From Candidatus Eiseniibacteriota bacterium (GTDB lineage Bacteria > Eisenbacteria > RBG-16-71-46 > CAVPCR01), in assembly GCA_963823555.1 (NCBI GenBank), contig CAWGMA010000003.1, forward strand, positions 384,001 through 448,000: a stretch of 64,000 bases of DNA, read 5' to 3'. The position numbers and the translations under genes are program-made. Each line of letters starts with the position of its first letter. Positions within the stretch are counted from its first letter, which is position 1. The notes beneath the pieces are model-generated. The model was not told the DNA's origin. It worked only from the letters and a program-made list of their open reading frames with translations, and did not search any database. Below, in pieces: positions 11,230 to 23,168 of this stretch.

Positions 11230-13254
11230 CTACACCAGCGCCTCGGCGACGATCTCGGCCAGGTCCTTGACCTCGACCTCGGCGCCCTGGTCCTTGACCC
11301 CGTCCGAGACCATGGTCATGCAGAAGGGACAGGCGGCGCCGATGGTCCGGGCCCCGGTGGCCAGGAGTTCCTCGGTGCGCTCGATGTTCACCTTCTGGCC
11401 ATGCTCCTCCATCCACATGCGCCCGCCGCCCGCCCCGCAGCAGAAGGACTTCTCGCGAATGCGCGTTCCTTCCCGCGGCGCCCGCCCGGTGGCGGCGGCG
11501 ATCGCTGCCCGCGGCTCGTCGTAGACCTGGTTGTAGCGGCCGAGATAGCAGGAGTCGTGGAAGACGACGTCGGCGCCGGAGGTCTTGAGCTTGAGCCGGC
11601 CGGCGGCGATCAGGCGGCTTATGAACTCGGAGTGGTGCACCACCTCGTAGTGGCCGCCGAAGGCCGGGTACTCGTTCTTGAGCGTGTTGAAGCAGTGCGG
11701 GCAGGTGGTGATGATCTTCTTCACCTTGTAACCGTTCAGGATCTCGGTGAGCTCGGTCATCATCGCCTGGGCCAGGTACTCGTTGCCGATGCGGCGGGCG
11801 CACTCCCCGTTGCAGCGCTCCTCGGTGCCGAGGACGGCGAAGTCGATCCCCGCGGCATCGAGGATGCGCACCATCGCCCGCGTCACCTTCTTGTTGCGCT
11901 CGTCGTAGGCGCCGGCGCAGCCGACGTAGAAGAGGTACTCGGCGTCGGCGTGATCGGCCATGGTGCGCACGGTCGAGCCCCTCGGCCCAGTCGAGCCGCT
12001 GCTCGACCGGGAGGCCCCAGGGATTCGACTGGGTCTCGAAACCGCGGAGCGCCGTCTCGGCCTCCTTGGGGAAGCTCGTCTCCATGAGCACGAGATGCCG
12101 CCGCTCCTCGATGATCTTGGGCACGTGCTCGATGAGGAGCGGGCAGGCCTCGACACAGGCACCGCAGGTGGTGCAGGCCCAGAGCTCCTCCTCGCTCGTG
12201 TAGGTGCGAATGATGCCCGGATCCTCGGCGCGGGGGACGCCGCCCGCCTTCCCGCCGTTGCCGCCGCCGTTGCCGCCGCCGGTCGCGCGCAGCGCCTGGC
12301 CGCGCGCCATGGCGTAATCCCTGACGTCGGTGATGATCTTCCGCGGGTCGAGGGGCTTCCCGGTTGCGTGGGCCGGGCACAGGCTCGTGCACCTGCCGCA
12401 CTCGGTGCAGGAGTAGCCGTCGAGGACATCGCGCCAGCTGAAGGTGGCGAGCTGATTGGCGCCGAAGGTCTCGATCGACTCGTCCTCGAGATCAGGCTTC
12501 GAGAGGCGGCCCACCGGCTCGAGCTTCCGGAAGTAGACATTGAACGTCGAAGCCATGATGTGGAGATGCTTCGACGACGGCAGATAGATGAGGAAGCCGA
12601 GCACGATGAGGACGTGCAACCACCAGGAGACATGGTGGAAGGCCGCGAGCGCCGACGCCGACATGCCGGCGAAGAGTGGCGCTGCGGCCGTGGAGAACGG
12701 TTGCCAGGCGATCCCCGGGCCCTCGGGCTCGCCGCGCGCGATCGCCGCGCCGCGCGTCGTGAGGATCGTGATCATGAGGGCGAGAATCAGAAGGAGGATG
12801 ATCAGGCCGTCGGTGCGCGCGTGCCGATCGAGGCCCTGCATGCGCGGCGGCAGGAAGAAGAGCCGGCGCGCGAGCGCATAGAAGATGGCGACCGTCACGA
12901 ACACGGCGAACAGGTCCTGTCCCAGGTAGAGGAGCCCGTAGAGCGGCATCCCCAGCCAGGAGAAATCCCAGTTCCGGTTGAGGCCGATGGCGAACGCCTC
13001 GAGGGTGCCCACGGTGAGGACCAGGAAACCCCAGAAGATGAGGAAGTGCATGAGGCCGGGGACCGGATCCTTGAACAGCTTCTTCTGGCCGAGGACGAAG
13101 GTGAAGACGCCCGAGAGGCGGCGCCCGTCTGATCGGTGCGGTGGGCCGGCGCCTGGGCGAGGAACATGGTCGCGATCAAGCGGCGGACCTGGAGGCCGAA
13201 GATGCCGAAGGCGGCGATGAGGAGGACGGCCATCGCAACGCTCTGCGCGGTCAT
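11230..13254 (-). pseudogene. FadF/HdrD-like membrane Fe-S oxidoreductase (TM region + 2x4Fe-4S + CCG domains) split by two frameshifts
   Basis: Three consecutive frames: N-term MTAQSVAM (13254), CTECGRC/CTTCGAC middle, CCG-domain C-term (TCPHC, HDSCYLGR, CCGAGGG, ACPFC). Shifts near 13123 and 11975; may be sequencing indels. Confidence 0.8.
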
Positions 13255-13507
13255 GGGTTTCCCTTCTTGTACACCCGGCAACGGAGCTGGGCGGATGGGT
13301 CGCGCGCGGCGAGTTGGGGACGGCGAGCGCCCGAAGCTAGCCCAAAGCTGCTGAGGTTGTCAATGTGGCGGCGGTCCCTTAAGATCACCGGCCGGAATCC
13401 CTGCTGTTCCGCTCGCATCTCAACGGATGGAGCCCCGGCCGGCATCGCCGCCGGCGATCACGATCTCTCACGGTTCAGTCCGCCCACGCGGCACAACGAG
13501 GAGCACG

Positions 13508-14470
13508 ATGGAGCCTCGCAACGTCATCATCATCGGATCCGGCCCGGCCGGTCTCACCGCCGCTCTGTACACCTCACGCGCCAACCTGGCGCCCCTCGTC
13601 TTGGAGGGAGCGGCCGCGGGCGGCCAGCTCATGACGACGACCGAGGTGGAGAACTTCCCGGGCTTCCCGGAAGGGGTGATGGGGCCGGTGCTCATGGATG
13701 ACATGCGCAAGCAGGCCGAACGGTTCGGGGCCGAGCTCCGGCGCCAGGATGCCGAGGTCGTGGACTTCTCCCGCCGGCCGTTCAAGGTGACCTCCGACGG
13801 CAAGGAGTATCTGGCGCGGACCGTGATCATCGCGACCGGCGCCTCGCCGCGTCACCTCGGTCTTCCCAATGAGGGCAAGCTCACCGGCCGCGGCGTCTCG
13901 ACCTGTGCGACCTGCGACGGAGCCTTCTTCCGCGACGAGGACATCGCGGTCGTCGGCGGCGGCGACTCGGCCATCGAGGAGGCCACCTTCCTCACGCGCT
14001 TCGGGAAGTCCGTGGTGCTGATCCATCGCCGCAACGAGCTTCGCGCCTCGAAGATCATGCAGGAACGGGCGCAGAAGACGCCCAAGCTATCCTTCCTCTG
14101 GGATTCGGTCGTCACCGAGCTCATCGAGGACGGCGGCAAGTTCGGCGGCATCAAGGTCAAGAACGTGAAGACGGGCGAGGAGAAGAAGCTCGCGATCGGC
14201 GGGCTCTTTGTGGCCATCGGCCACACCCCCACCACCCAGCTCTTCGCCGGCAAGCTCGAGCTCGACGATCAGGGTTACATCCTCACCCGCAAGGGCACCG
14301 CGACCAACGTCGACGGCGTGTTCGCCGCCGGTGACTGTGTCGATCACGTCTACCGGCAAGCGATCACCGCCGCCGGCATGGGGTGTCAGGCGGCGATCGA
14401 CGCCGAGCGTTGGCTCGCTGCTCACGAACACGAAGAGAGCGCGGTCGAGACCTCGACCGGCGGTCGCTAG
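13508..14470 (+). CDS. trxB: thioredoxin reductase
   Basis: GSGPAG, CATCDG, GGGDSA, YRQAITAAG. Confidence 0.96.
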   Translation: MEPRNVIIIGSGPAGLTAALYTSRANLAPLVLEGAAAGGQLMTTTEVENFPGFPEGVMGPVLMDDMRKQAERFGAELRRQDAEVVDFSRRPFKVTSDGKEYLARTVIIATGASPRHLGLPNEGKLTGRGVSTCATCDGAFFRDEDIAVVGGGDSAIEEATFLTRFGKSVVLIHRRNELRASKIMQERAQKTPKLSFLWDSVVTELIEDGGKFGGIKVKNVKTGEEKKLAIGGLFVAIGHTPTTQLFAGKLELDDQGYILTRKGTATNVDGVFAAGDCVDHVYRQAITAAGMGCQAAIDAERWLAAHEHEESAVETSTGGR

Positions 14471-14525
14471 CGGCGCGCGACCAGAGCGGCCCGTGCTCCT
14501 GGCGATTATCAGAGACGAACCCTAG

Positions 14526-15275
14526 ATGTCCGACGTCGACGTGCGCTCCGCCACGATCCTGATCGTCGGCGACGAGATCCTGAGCGGCGAGGTCACGGAC
14601 GAGAACGCCGCTTACATCGCCCGCCGCCTGACCGTCCTTGGCCTCCACGTGGTCTCGATTCACGTCGTGCCCGATTCCCTGACCGGGATCGTGACCGCCC
14701 TCGACCGGGCGCGGCAGGAGGCGGATCTCGTCTTCGTCACCGGTGGCATCGGTCCCACCCACGATGATCTCACGCGGCAGGCGGTAGCGATGGCGCTCCG
14801 CGTCGAGTGTGTCCGCCATGCCGATGCCGAAGAACGGCTGCGCGCGGGATACGGGTCGGTCATCACCGAATCCGAACTGGGCATGGCCGATCTACCCGCC
14901 GGCGCGCATCTCCTCCTCGGCGAGCGCTATGGCGCCTTCGGCTTCGGGGTCGGGCCCTTTGTCGTGTTACCGGGAATCCCGGCGCTCTTGCGCGACATCA
15001 TGGATCACATGACCGCGGAATGGCCGCTCGCCGACTACTTCTGCGAGGAGATCGTCACCAACCTGCGCGAGGGGAACGTGGCCGATGGGCTGCGGGCGAT
15101 CCAGGGCGAGTTCGCTTCAGTGGCGATCGGCTCCTACCCGGTGAAGACGGCCAAGGGCTATCAGGTGCGGATCGTCATGCGCGCGCGCGATCGGGATCTC
15201 CTCGCGCGCGTCAGGGACCGCGTGAGCGCGCTGGTGGCGGCGAGCGAGAGCGGATCGCCGGCACCGGGGGCGTGA
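14526..15275 (+). CDS. CinA-like molybdopterin-binding domain protein
   Basis: GDEILSG, TGGIGPTHDDLT, LPGIP. Confidence 0.85.
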   Translation: MSDVDVRSATILIVGDEILSGEVTDENAAYIARRLTVLGLHVVSIHVVPDSLTGIVTALDRARQEADLVFVTGGIGPTHDDLTRQAVAMALRVECVRHADAEERLRAGYGSVITESELGMADLPAGAHLLLGERYGAFGFGVGPFVVLPGIPALLRDIMDHMTAEWPLADYFCEEIVTNLREGNVADGLRAIQGEFASVAIGSYPVKTAKGYQVRIVMRARDRDLLARVRDRVSALVAASESGSPAPGA

Positions 15276-15291
15276 ACCCACGGCGCCCGGC

Positions 15292-16128
15292 GTGGCCCCG
15301 GCGTTCGATCTCACGAGGCTGCGCGCCGAGCGCCTGCGGCTGTGGCACCTCGCCGGCAATCCGATAACGGACGTCGATCAAGCGCTCGATTTCCTGCGCC
15401 ACACCGGGTTCGCGCTCTCGCACCGGGCCCGGACCTTTCTCCTTCCCTCCTTTGTCGAGGCCCTGGCCGGGGGCAAGGAAGGTGTTCCCGCCTATGGCGA
15501 CGCCGCGGGCCATCCGCTCTATGCGCGCTACGTCACGATCCGGCATCACCCTCGCGTCAAGAAGCTCGCCCTGGAGCTTCCGATCCTCAGGCGCCGGCAC
15601 GCCCTCGTCCTGCGCGAGCATGTGGTCGATTTCGCAGCACTCCTCGCCGAGCTCCGGAGGCCTGATCGCCGGAGCGAGGAGTCGCGCGCCGCGGCGCGGC
15701 GCGTCGTCGCCCTCATCGCCGATCGCGGTCCGACCTCCAAGCGCACGCTTCGTCTGGCACTCCTGGGCGGGCCGGCGGCCATGCGCGGCGCGAGTCTCGA
15801 TCGCGTGCTCCTCGATCTCGAGAGCCGGCTCGTGCTCGTGACCGTCGACTACACCGAAGCGGACGGCGCCTTCTTCGATCTCTTCGCGCGGGCTCATCGC
15901 GCGCTGGCGGTGCACGCCGCCAAGCAGAGCCGGGAGGAGAGCATCGAGCGACTCCTCGCGCGCTACGTGCGCTCGTCGCGCGCGGTCGAGCCGGCGCGAG
16001 TGCGCGAGGTGCTGCGCGGGTTCGCGGATCCGCCGGAGATCCGAGCCGCCCGGGACCGCCTTCTTGCCGCCGGCCGGATCGCCAGGGCGCGCGTGGGCGG
16101 CGGCGAGTGGCTCTGGGCGCCCGAGTAG
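15292..16128 (+). CDS. hypothetical protein, possibly AlkZ/YcaQ-like winged-helix DNA-binding
   Basis: Operonic ORF; GPTSKRTLR wHTH-like segment, LLARYVRS. Confidence 0.45.
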   Translation: MAPAFDLTRLRAERLRLWHLAGNPITDVDQALDFLRHTGFALSHRARTFLLPSFVEALAGGKEGVPAYGDAAGHPLYARYVTIRHHPRVKKLALELPILRRRHALVLREHVVDFAALLAELRRPDRRSEESRAAARRVVALIADRGPTSKRTLRLALLGGPAAMRGASLDRVLLDLESRLVLVTVDYTEADGAFFDLFARAHRALAVHAAKQSREESIERLLARYVRSSRAVEPARVREVLRGFADPPEIRAARDRLLAAGRIARARVGGGEWLWAPE

Positions 16129-16270
16129 ATCTACAACGAGGATTGTAGATCTGGATGTCTTTACAGCCGCCGCGCGTAGCTCCACGATTGGTGACAGATG
16201 AGCGAGGCTTCAGGCGCCCGTGAGCGGGCGGGGCGTGTCGGCCAGTCCCGAACTCGAAGGAGGTGCTTCG

Positions 16271-16558
16271 ATGACGCAGCCTCTGCGGACCCGGCTTCTG
16301 GTCGTCGTGGTGGTTGTGGCCGGCGCTCTCCTCGCCGCGACACCGGCGGCGGCACGAGCGATCATGCCCTCCGGCGTCGGACCCGAAGTGTCGAGCCCGG
16401 GCGCGCTCGACAACCTGCCCGGGATGACCGTGACCGACGGCAACCACACCGTCGGCCCGATTCGTCCCCGCCCGTCGACGTCGGCCTGGGATCCCGATCC
16501 CGATGGGGTCGAACCGGCAACCTGGGGTCAGATCAAGGTGCAGTTCGCCGCGCGCTAG
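16271..16558 (+). CDS. small secreted protein with C-terminal TWGxIK motif
   Basis: AAGGAGG RBS, signal peptide, ends VEPATWGQIKVQFAAR. Confidence 0.75.
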   Translation: MTQPLRTRLLVVVVVVAGALLAATPAAARAIMPSGVGPEVSSPGALDNLPGMTVTDGNHTVGPIRPRPSTSAWDPDPDGVEPATWGQIKVQFAAR

Positions 16559-17436
16559 TCGACTTCCAGGAGCAACAGCGACGCGTCATCGATGAGCGGT
16601 CGGCCGGCGCTGAAGCGCCGCGCCGCGTCCAGGATCGAGGCCACGCTCGCGGCCAGCGGGCGCCGCGCCGTCTCCTCGACGGCGGCAAGGAGCCGCTCGG
16701 TGCCGAAGGTCTCCTCTTCCTCGTTCATGGCGTCGGTGATCCCGTCGGTGTAGAGGAGGAGACGCGTCCCGGGGTCGAGATCGAGCCGATGCTCGTCGTG
16801 ATCGATGTCGCGCCTGACGCCGATCGGGAAGCCGTTCGCCGCGATCTCGGCCGGCGTTTCATCCGGGCGCAGGATGATCGGCGGGCAGTGACCGGCGGAG
16901 GCGAAGCGGAGCTCCCTCGCCCGCACATCGAGGATCCCGTAGAGGAGCGTGAAGTAGAGATGAAGCTCGGGATCCATCGGGAAGAGGGTGTTGAGCTCGC
17001 GGAGCACCGCGGCCGGCGCCAGGGCATCACCCGGGCCGCCTGAACCGTCGCGTGCCGCGACGATCGACGCGGGGCTTCCCGGCGGACTCAGGAACTTGTG
17101 CACGCTGAAACCGAGCATGGCGGCGGGAAGCCCGTGCCCGCTGACATCGAGGATGTAGAAGGCGAGCCGGCCGTCATCGAGCGGGAAGAGGTTGAGGCTG
17201 TCTCCGGCGAGCTCGGTGCTGGGCTCGACGTGCCATGCCAGGCGCACGCCCTTCAAGAGGGGGGATTGATTGGGGAGGAGCGAGCGCTGGATGCGCGCCG
17301 CTGCCTCGAGCTCCGATCGCATGCGATGGTTGGCGGCGCGGAGACGGGTTCTCTCCTCGCGCCACGCAGTGGCGGTCGCCAGCGGGACGCACTGCTGCGA
17401 GTTGAGCGCTACCGCGCCCGCCCTCAGCGAGTTCAT
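16555..17436 (-). CDS. SpoIIE/PP2C family phosphatase
   Basis: IQRSLLP, DVSGHG, ASAGH, YTDGITDA, DDASL. Confidence 0.9.
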   Translation of the reverse strand: MNSLRAGAVALNSQQCVPLATATAWREERTRLRAANHRMRSELEAAARIQRSLLPNQSPLLKGVRLAWHVEPSTELAGDSLNLFPLDDGRLAFYILDVSGHGLPAAMLGFSVHKFLSPPGSPASIVAARDGSGGPGDALAPAAVLRELNTLFPMDPELHLYFTLLYGILDVRARELRFASAGHCPPIILRPDETPAEIAANGFPIGVRRDIDHDEHRLDLDPGTRLLLYTDGITDAMNEEEETFGTERLLAAVEETARRPLAASVASILDAARRFSAGRPLIDDASLLLLEVD

Positions 17437-17459
17437 GGCTCCTCCCCGGGTTCGCGGGT

Positions 17460-17909
17460 TCAGTTCGAGTCGCCTGCCTTCTCCTCGCCGGGCCCGAAGA
17501 CCTCCTTGGCCCGGCGTTGCAGGCGCTCGCGGGCTTCATCGACCTCGCGCAGCGCGTCGCGCAGGCGATCGAGCTCGTCGGCGCGCACCTTGAGTCCCTC
17601 GCGGATGAAGAGCGCGGCCGCCTCGGAGCGGCTCTTGACCGCTCCGGTGGCGACCCACTCATCGAGCGCCTGACTCGTCTTCTCGTCGATGCGCACCATC
17701 ACCACCTGATCGCGCGCGGTCCGGCCCATCTCGCGCACCGAGTCAACGAGGCCGGGCGCGACACAGACCATCTTGACCTTGCCCTCGGGTGAGCAACAGG
17801 CCTCGACATCCCCGGTCAGGTCGATCGTGATGCCCTTCTCGCGGAGCTTCGCCTGGACCGTCTCCAGGATGCTCGCGATGTCGATCGGGCCCTTGGTCTT
17901 CTCGTTCAT
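17460..17909 (-). CDS. ribbon-helix-helix domain protein
   Basis: VVMVRIDE..LDEWV..KSRSEAAALFIREG. Confidence 0.65.
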   Translation of the reverse strand: MNEKTKGPIDIASILETVQAKLREKGITIDLTGDVEACCSPEGKVKMVCVAPGLVDSVREMGRTARDQVVMVRIDEKTSQALDEWVATGAVKSRSEAAALFIREGLKVRADELDRLRDALREVDEARERLQRRAKEVFGPGEEKAGDSN

Positions 17910-17920
17910 GGTTCTCTCTT

Positions 17921-18109
17921 CTACCTCTTGTCGACGCAGATGCAGATGCAGGTCGGAGTCCTGCCGGCGGCGACCCGGGGCTCGGCTTCCCCGGTCTCGG
18001 GGCCGCAGCAGCCGACCGTCCCCTGTGACTTCTCCGTCTTCTCGTCGCCCGCCTGGCGGAGAGCGGCGGCGACGGCCTCGGTCACCTTGCGGATCAGTTC
18101 CTCGTTCAT
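17921..18109 (-). CDS. small Cys-rich hypothetical protein
   Basis: AAGGAGG RBS; CCG and CICIC motifs; directly upstream of the RHH gene. Confidence 0.55.
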   Translation of the reverse strand: MNEELIRKVTEAVAAALRQAGDEKTEKSQGTVGCCGPETGEAEPRVAAGRTPTCICICVDKR

Positions 18110-18134
18110 GGCTACCTCCTTTACGCTGGGATGC

Positions 18135-18153
18135 ATTACATATTACGTGTAAT
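18135..18153. promoter_or_regulatory. inverted-repeat operator candidate
   Basis: ATTACA-N7-TGTAAT in an AT-rich segment upstream of the RHH operon. Confidence 0.45.
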
Positions 18154-18227
18154 TCAGCTAGAAGTTGAGAGATTTCTTCCGCGCCCGCAAAAATCTCTAA
18201 CTCATTTACTGGCTATTTGTTGCGAGA

Positions 18228-18683
18228 TCACACGGCGGGATTCAAGCGCTTCCGGAGATAGAGGATCCCCGGGACCTGCTCGTAGCCAGAGGCCTGGAAG
18301 AGGCCGATGGAGGGCGCGTTCTCCACTTCGATGAGGGCGGTGACGAGGAGGGCGCCGCGGGCGAGGAGCGTCTCCTCGACTGCAGCGAGCAGGCAGGCGG
18401 CAAGCCCCTGCCGCCGGTAGCGGGGATCGACGGCCAGGCGGTTGACCCAGCCCTTCTGCCGGCCGTCGATCGACCCGAGGACGGTGCCGACGAGGACGCC
18501 CTCGACCTCGGCCCCGAGGAAGAGGCCGGCGGCCGCCGCGATCTGGGCGGCCAGGGCCTCCGGGCGGTCGCGCCCGGCGGGCTTGTGCTCGAGCCCGGCG
18601 GCGCGCCAGAGGGCGAGGATCGCCTCGACATCCGCCGCGACGAGCGGGCGCAGGATCACGTCGGGGGTGTCGCGCGTGTTCAA
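18228..18683 (-). CDS. GNAT family acetyltransferase
   Basis: LAVDPRYRRQGLA acetyl-CoA motif; TTG start overlaps upstream TGA. Confidence 0.88.
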   Translation of the reverse strand: MNTRDTPDVILRPLVAADVEAILALWRAAGLEHKPAGRDRPEALAAQIAAAAGLFLGAEVEGVLVGTVLGSIDGRQKGWVNRLAVDPRYRRQGLAACLLAAVEETLLARGALLVTALIEVENAPSIGLFQASGYEQVPGILYLRKRLNPAV

Positions 18684-19798
18684 TCGATCCAGTCCGCGAT
18701 GAAGATGTTGGTCTCGTGCGTTTCCTGGCTCATGCGGTTCGATCCCCACACCAGCCGCTTCCCGTCGGGGCTCCACATCGGGAACCCGTCGAAGGCCGGA
18801 GCCGTGGTGACGCGCTCGAGTCCGGTGCCGTCCACGTTGATCATGTAGAGGTCGAACTCGCGCGAGTTGGGGTCGTCCATGTTGGAGGAGAAGATCACCT
18901 TCTTTCCCGACGGGTCCATGAACGGACAGAAGTTGGCCTTGCCGTTGTGCGTGAGCTGGGTCTTGCCGCTGCCGTCGGCGTTCATGATGAAGATCTCGAG
19001 CGTGGTCGGGCGGATGAGGCCGTCCTTCAAGAGCGCCTTGAAGTCCGCGATCTTCTCCGGATCGGTGGGGTGATGGGCCCGGTAGATGATCTTCTTCCCA
19101 TCCGCGGAGAAGAAGGCGCCGCCGTCGTAGCCGATCTCGTCGGTCAGGCGGCGGACGTTCTTCCCGTCGGGGGACATGGTGTAGAGATCGATGTCGCCGT
19201 CGCGCGCCGAGGTGAAGACGATCGTGCCGTCGGGGCCCACCGTGGCCTCGGCGTCATAGCCGGGCGTGTCGGTCAGGCGCTCGATGTCCGAGCCGTCCGG
19301 GGTGCAGGTGAACAGATCGTAGCTGTGATAGATGGGCCAGACGTAGCCGCGCGAGTAATCGGGCGTGGGCGGACACTCGGCACCGCCGAGGTGGGTCGAG
19401 GCATAGATGATGCGCTTGCCGTCGGGCATGAAGTAGGCGCAGGTCGTCCGCCCGCGGCCGGTCGAGACCAGGCGGACCTCGGTGCCGTCGGGCTTCATGG
19501 TGAAGATCTGATCGCATGGGAAGCTGTCGCGCGTCGCCTGGAAGACGAGCCACTTGCCGTCGAAGGAGAAGTAGGCCTCGGCATTCTCACCGCCGAAGGT
19601 GAGCTGGCGGATGTTGGCGAGATGGCGCTCGCCGGGGAATGGGCCGAGGGCGTTCCCGCTGGGTTCGCCGGCGCGGGCCGCGGGGCCCGCGCCGGGGACG
19701 GCGGCGGCGAAGGCGAGGGCGGCGAAGCCGAGGACGAGCGCCGAGCGGCGATTCATGACATCAGCGGCCAGACGCGACAATCTGCGAGAACGGGGCAT
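18680..19798 (-). CDS. TolB-like PD40 beta-propeller secreted protein
   Basis: LTFGGENAEAYFS, repeated SPDG/SADG units, signal peptide. Confidence 0.85.
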   Translation of the reverse strand: MPRSRRLSRLAADVMNRRSALVLGFAALAFAAAVPGAGPAARAGEPSGNALGPFPGERHLANIRQLTFGGENAEAYFSFDGKWLVFQATRDSFPCDQIFTMKPDGTEVRLVSTGRGRTTCAYFMPDGKRIIYASTHLGGAECPPTPDYSRGYVWPIYHSYDLFTCTPDGSDIERLTDTPGYDAEATVGPDGTIVFTSARDGDIDLYTMSPDGKNVRRLTDEIGYDGGAFFSADGKKIIYRAHHPTDPEKIADFKALLKDGLIRPTTLEIFIMNADGSGKTQLTHNGKANFCPFMDPSGKKVIFSSNMDDPNSREFDLYMINVDGTGLERVTTAPAFDGFPMWSPDGKRLVWGSNRMSQETHETNIFIADWID

Positions 19799-19801
19799 GC
19801 A

Positions 19802-20728
19802 TCACTCCTTGCTCGAAGCGGTGTGCTGCGGCGGATGAAGGCCATCCACCGCAGCCCGCACCGCGGCGATGTGGGCGGGGGTGGTCCCGCAGCAGCCGCC
19901 CACGATCCGGGCTCCGGCCTGGACCCAGCCCGCGGCATGGCGGGCGAAGTCGGCGGGGCCGAGGTCCCGTGAAAACTCCCAGCCGCCGGGGTGCGGGTAG
20001 CCGATGTTGGCATAAGCGCCGAACGGCGTCGAGCCGGCGAGGGCGGCGAGCGCGGGGAGAACGCGCTCGGTGGTCGAAACGGGTGTGCAGTTGACAAGGA
20101 CGGCGGCGGCCCCGGTGGCGATGAGCGCGGGGACGAGAGTCGAGAGCGGCTCGCCGTCGAAGAGGTTGCCATCCGCCCCGGCGATGAAGCTCGCGAGCAC
20201 CGGGAGCCCGGTCTCCCACGCTGCGGCGACGGCAACCGTGGCCTCGCGCCGGGTGTTCATGGTCTCGATGAGGATGGCGTCCACGCCGGCGCCGGCCAGG
20301 TTCCGGGCGTGCTCCTGGTGCTCGGCGGCGAGAGCCTCCGGCTCCGGCACGAGATCGGGGCGGTAGCAGTCCTCGAGCGGCGCCATCGAGCCGAGGACCC
20401 AGACCGGACGGGACGCATCCGCCGCGGCCTCGCGGGCGAGGCGCACCGCGAGCTGGGTGAGCTCGGCCGCCCGCTCCGCGGCACCGGCGGCCGCGAGCGC
20501 GCGCCGCGTGGTCCGAAAAGTGGCGGTGGTGAGGAGGTCGGCTCCTGCCGCCACATATTCGCGGTGGATCGCGAGCACGGCCGCGGGAACGGCGACGAGC
20601 GCGGCCGCGGTCCACGCCGGGAGCGGGGTCGCCACCTGCCGGCGCTCGAGCTCGGTGCCCATCGCGCCGTCGAGAACGAGAGGCGGGCCGTGACGGAGCC
20701 TGTCGAGGAGTGAAGCGGACATCGGCAC
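19802..20728 (-). CDS. homocysteine S-methyltransferase family protein
   Basis: LDGAMGTEL, VNC, GGCCGTTPAHI. Confidence 0.92.
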   Translation of the reverse strand: MPMSASLLDRLRHGPPLVLDGAMGTELERRQVATPLPAWTAAALVAVPAAVLAIHREYVAAGADLLTTATFRTTRRALAAAGAAERAAELTQLAVRLAREAAADASRPVWVLGSMAPLEDCYRPDLVPEPEALAAEHQEHARNLAGAGVDAILIETMNTRREATVAVAAAWETGLPVLASFIAGADGNLFDGEPLSTLVPALIATGAAAVLVNCTPVSTTERVLPALAALAGSTPFGAYANIGYPHPGGWEFSRDLGPADFARHAAGWVQAGARIVGGCCGTTPAHIAAVRAAVDGLHPPQHTASSKE

Positions 20729-20776
20729 GGGCCTCGTGGTGCGGAGATCGCTCCTGCTGGATTGCGCTCCGCGCCG

Positions 20777-22594
<1,818 letters not shown>

Positions 22595-22721
22595 GACAAC
22601 CGTGGTACCATGCGCGCCGCTTCCAAGGCAAGCCCCAGGAGGGTGATGGGGTCGGGGCCGGTCGCCGCCCGGCCGATCGCCGGTCAGCGCCACCCGGGAC
22701 TGCCCGCAGACACAACAGCGC

Positions 22722-23168
22722 GTGAAGCGCTTTCCGGAGCCACGATCCTTGCCACCGGTCCACCTGCCCGCAGCCGCCAGAGAGGGTATCCGCCTCTTCA
22801 ACGATGGTTACTACTTCGAGGCGCATGACCTGCTCGAGGAGGTGTGGATCGAGCGCGCCGGGCGCGAGAAGACGTTCTATCAAGGGCTGATCCAGATCGC
22901 GTCCGGCTTCTACAAGGTCGCGATGCAGAACCAGGGCGGCGCTCGGAGCCTCGTCAAGAAAGGGCTCGAGAAGCTGCGCGCGGTGCGCGATCTCGCAACC
23001 CCGCTCGATCTCGAGCGCCTGATCACGGAGGCCGAGGCCGCGCTCGCACGTATCGATGAGCTGGGACAGGCGAGGATCGCGGAGTTCGATCTCGCCACTC
23101 TGCCGCGGATTCACCACCGGGAGCCGGCGGCGCCCGATGATGCGGCGCCTCGCGACAACCAGACGTGA
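22722..23168 (+). CDS. DUF309 domain protein
   Basis: FNDGYYFEAHDLLEEVW, QGLIQ. Confidence 0.85.
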   Translation: MKRFPEPRSLPPVHLPAAAREGIRLFNDGYYFEAHDLLEEVWIERAGREKTFYQGLIQIASGFYKVAMQNQGGARSLVKKGLEKLRAVRDLATPLDLERLITEAEAALARIDELGQARIAEFDLATLPRIHHREPAAPDDAAPRDNQT

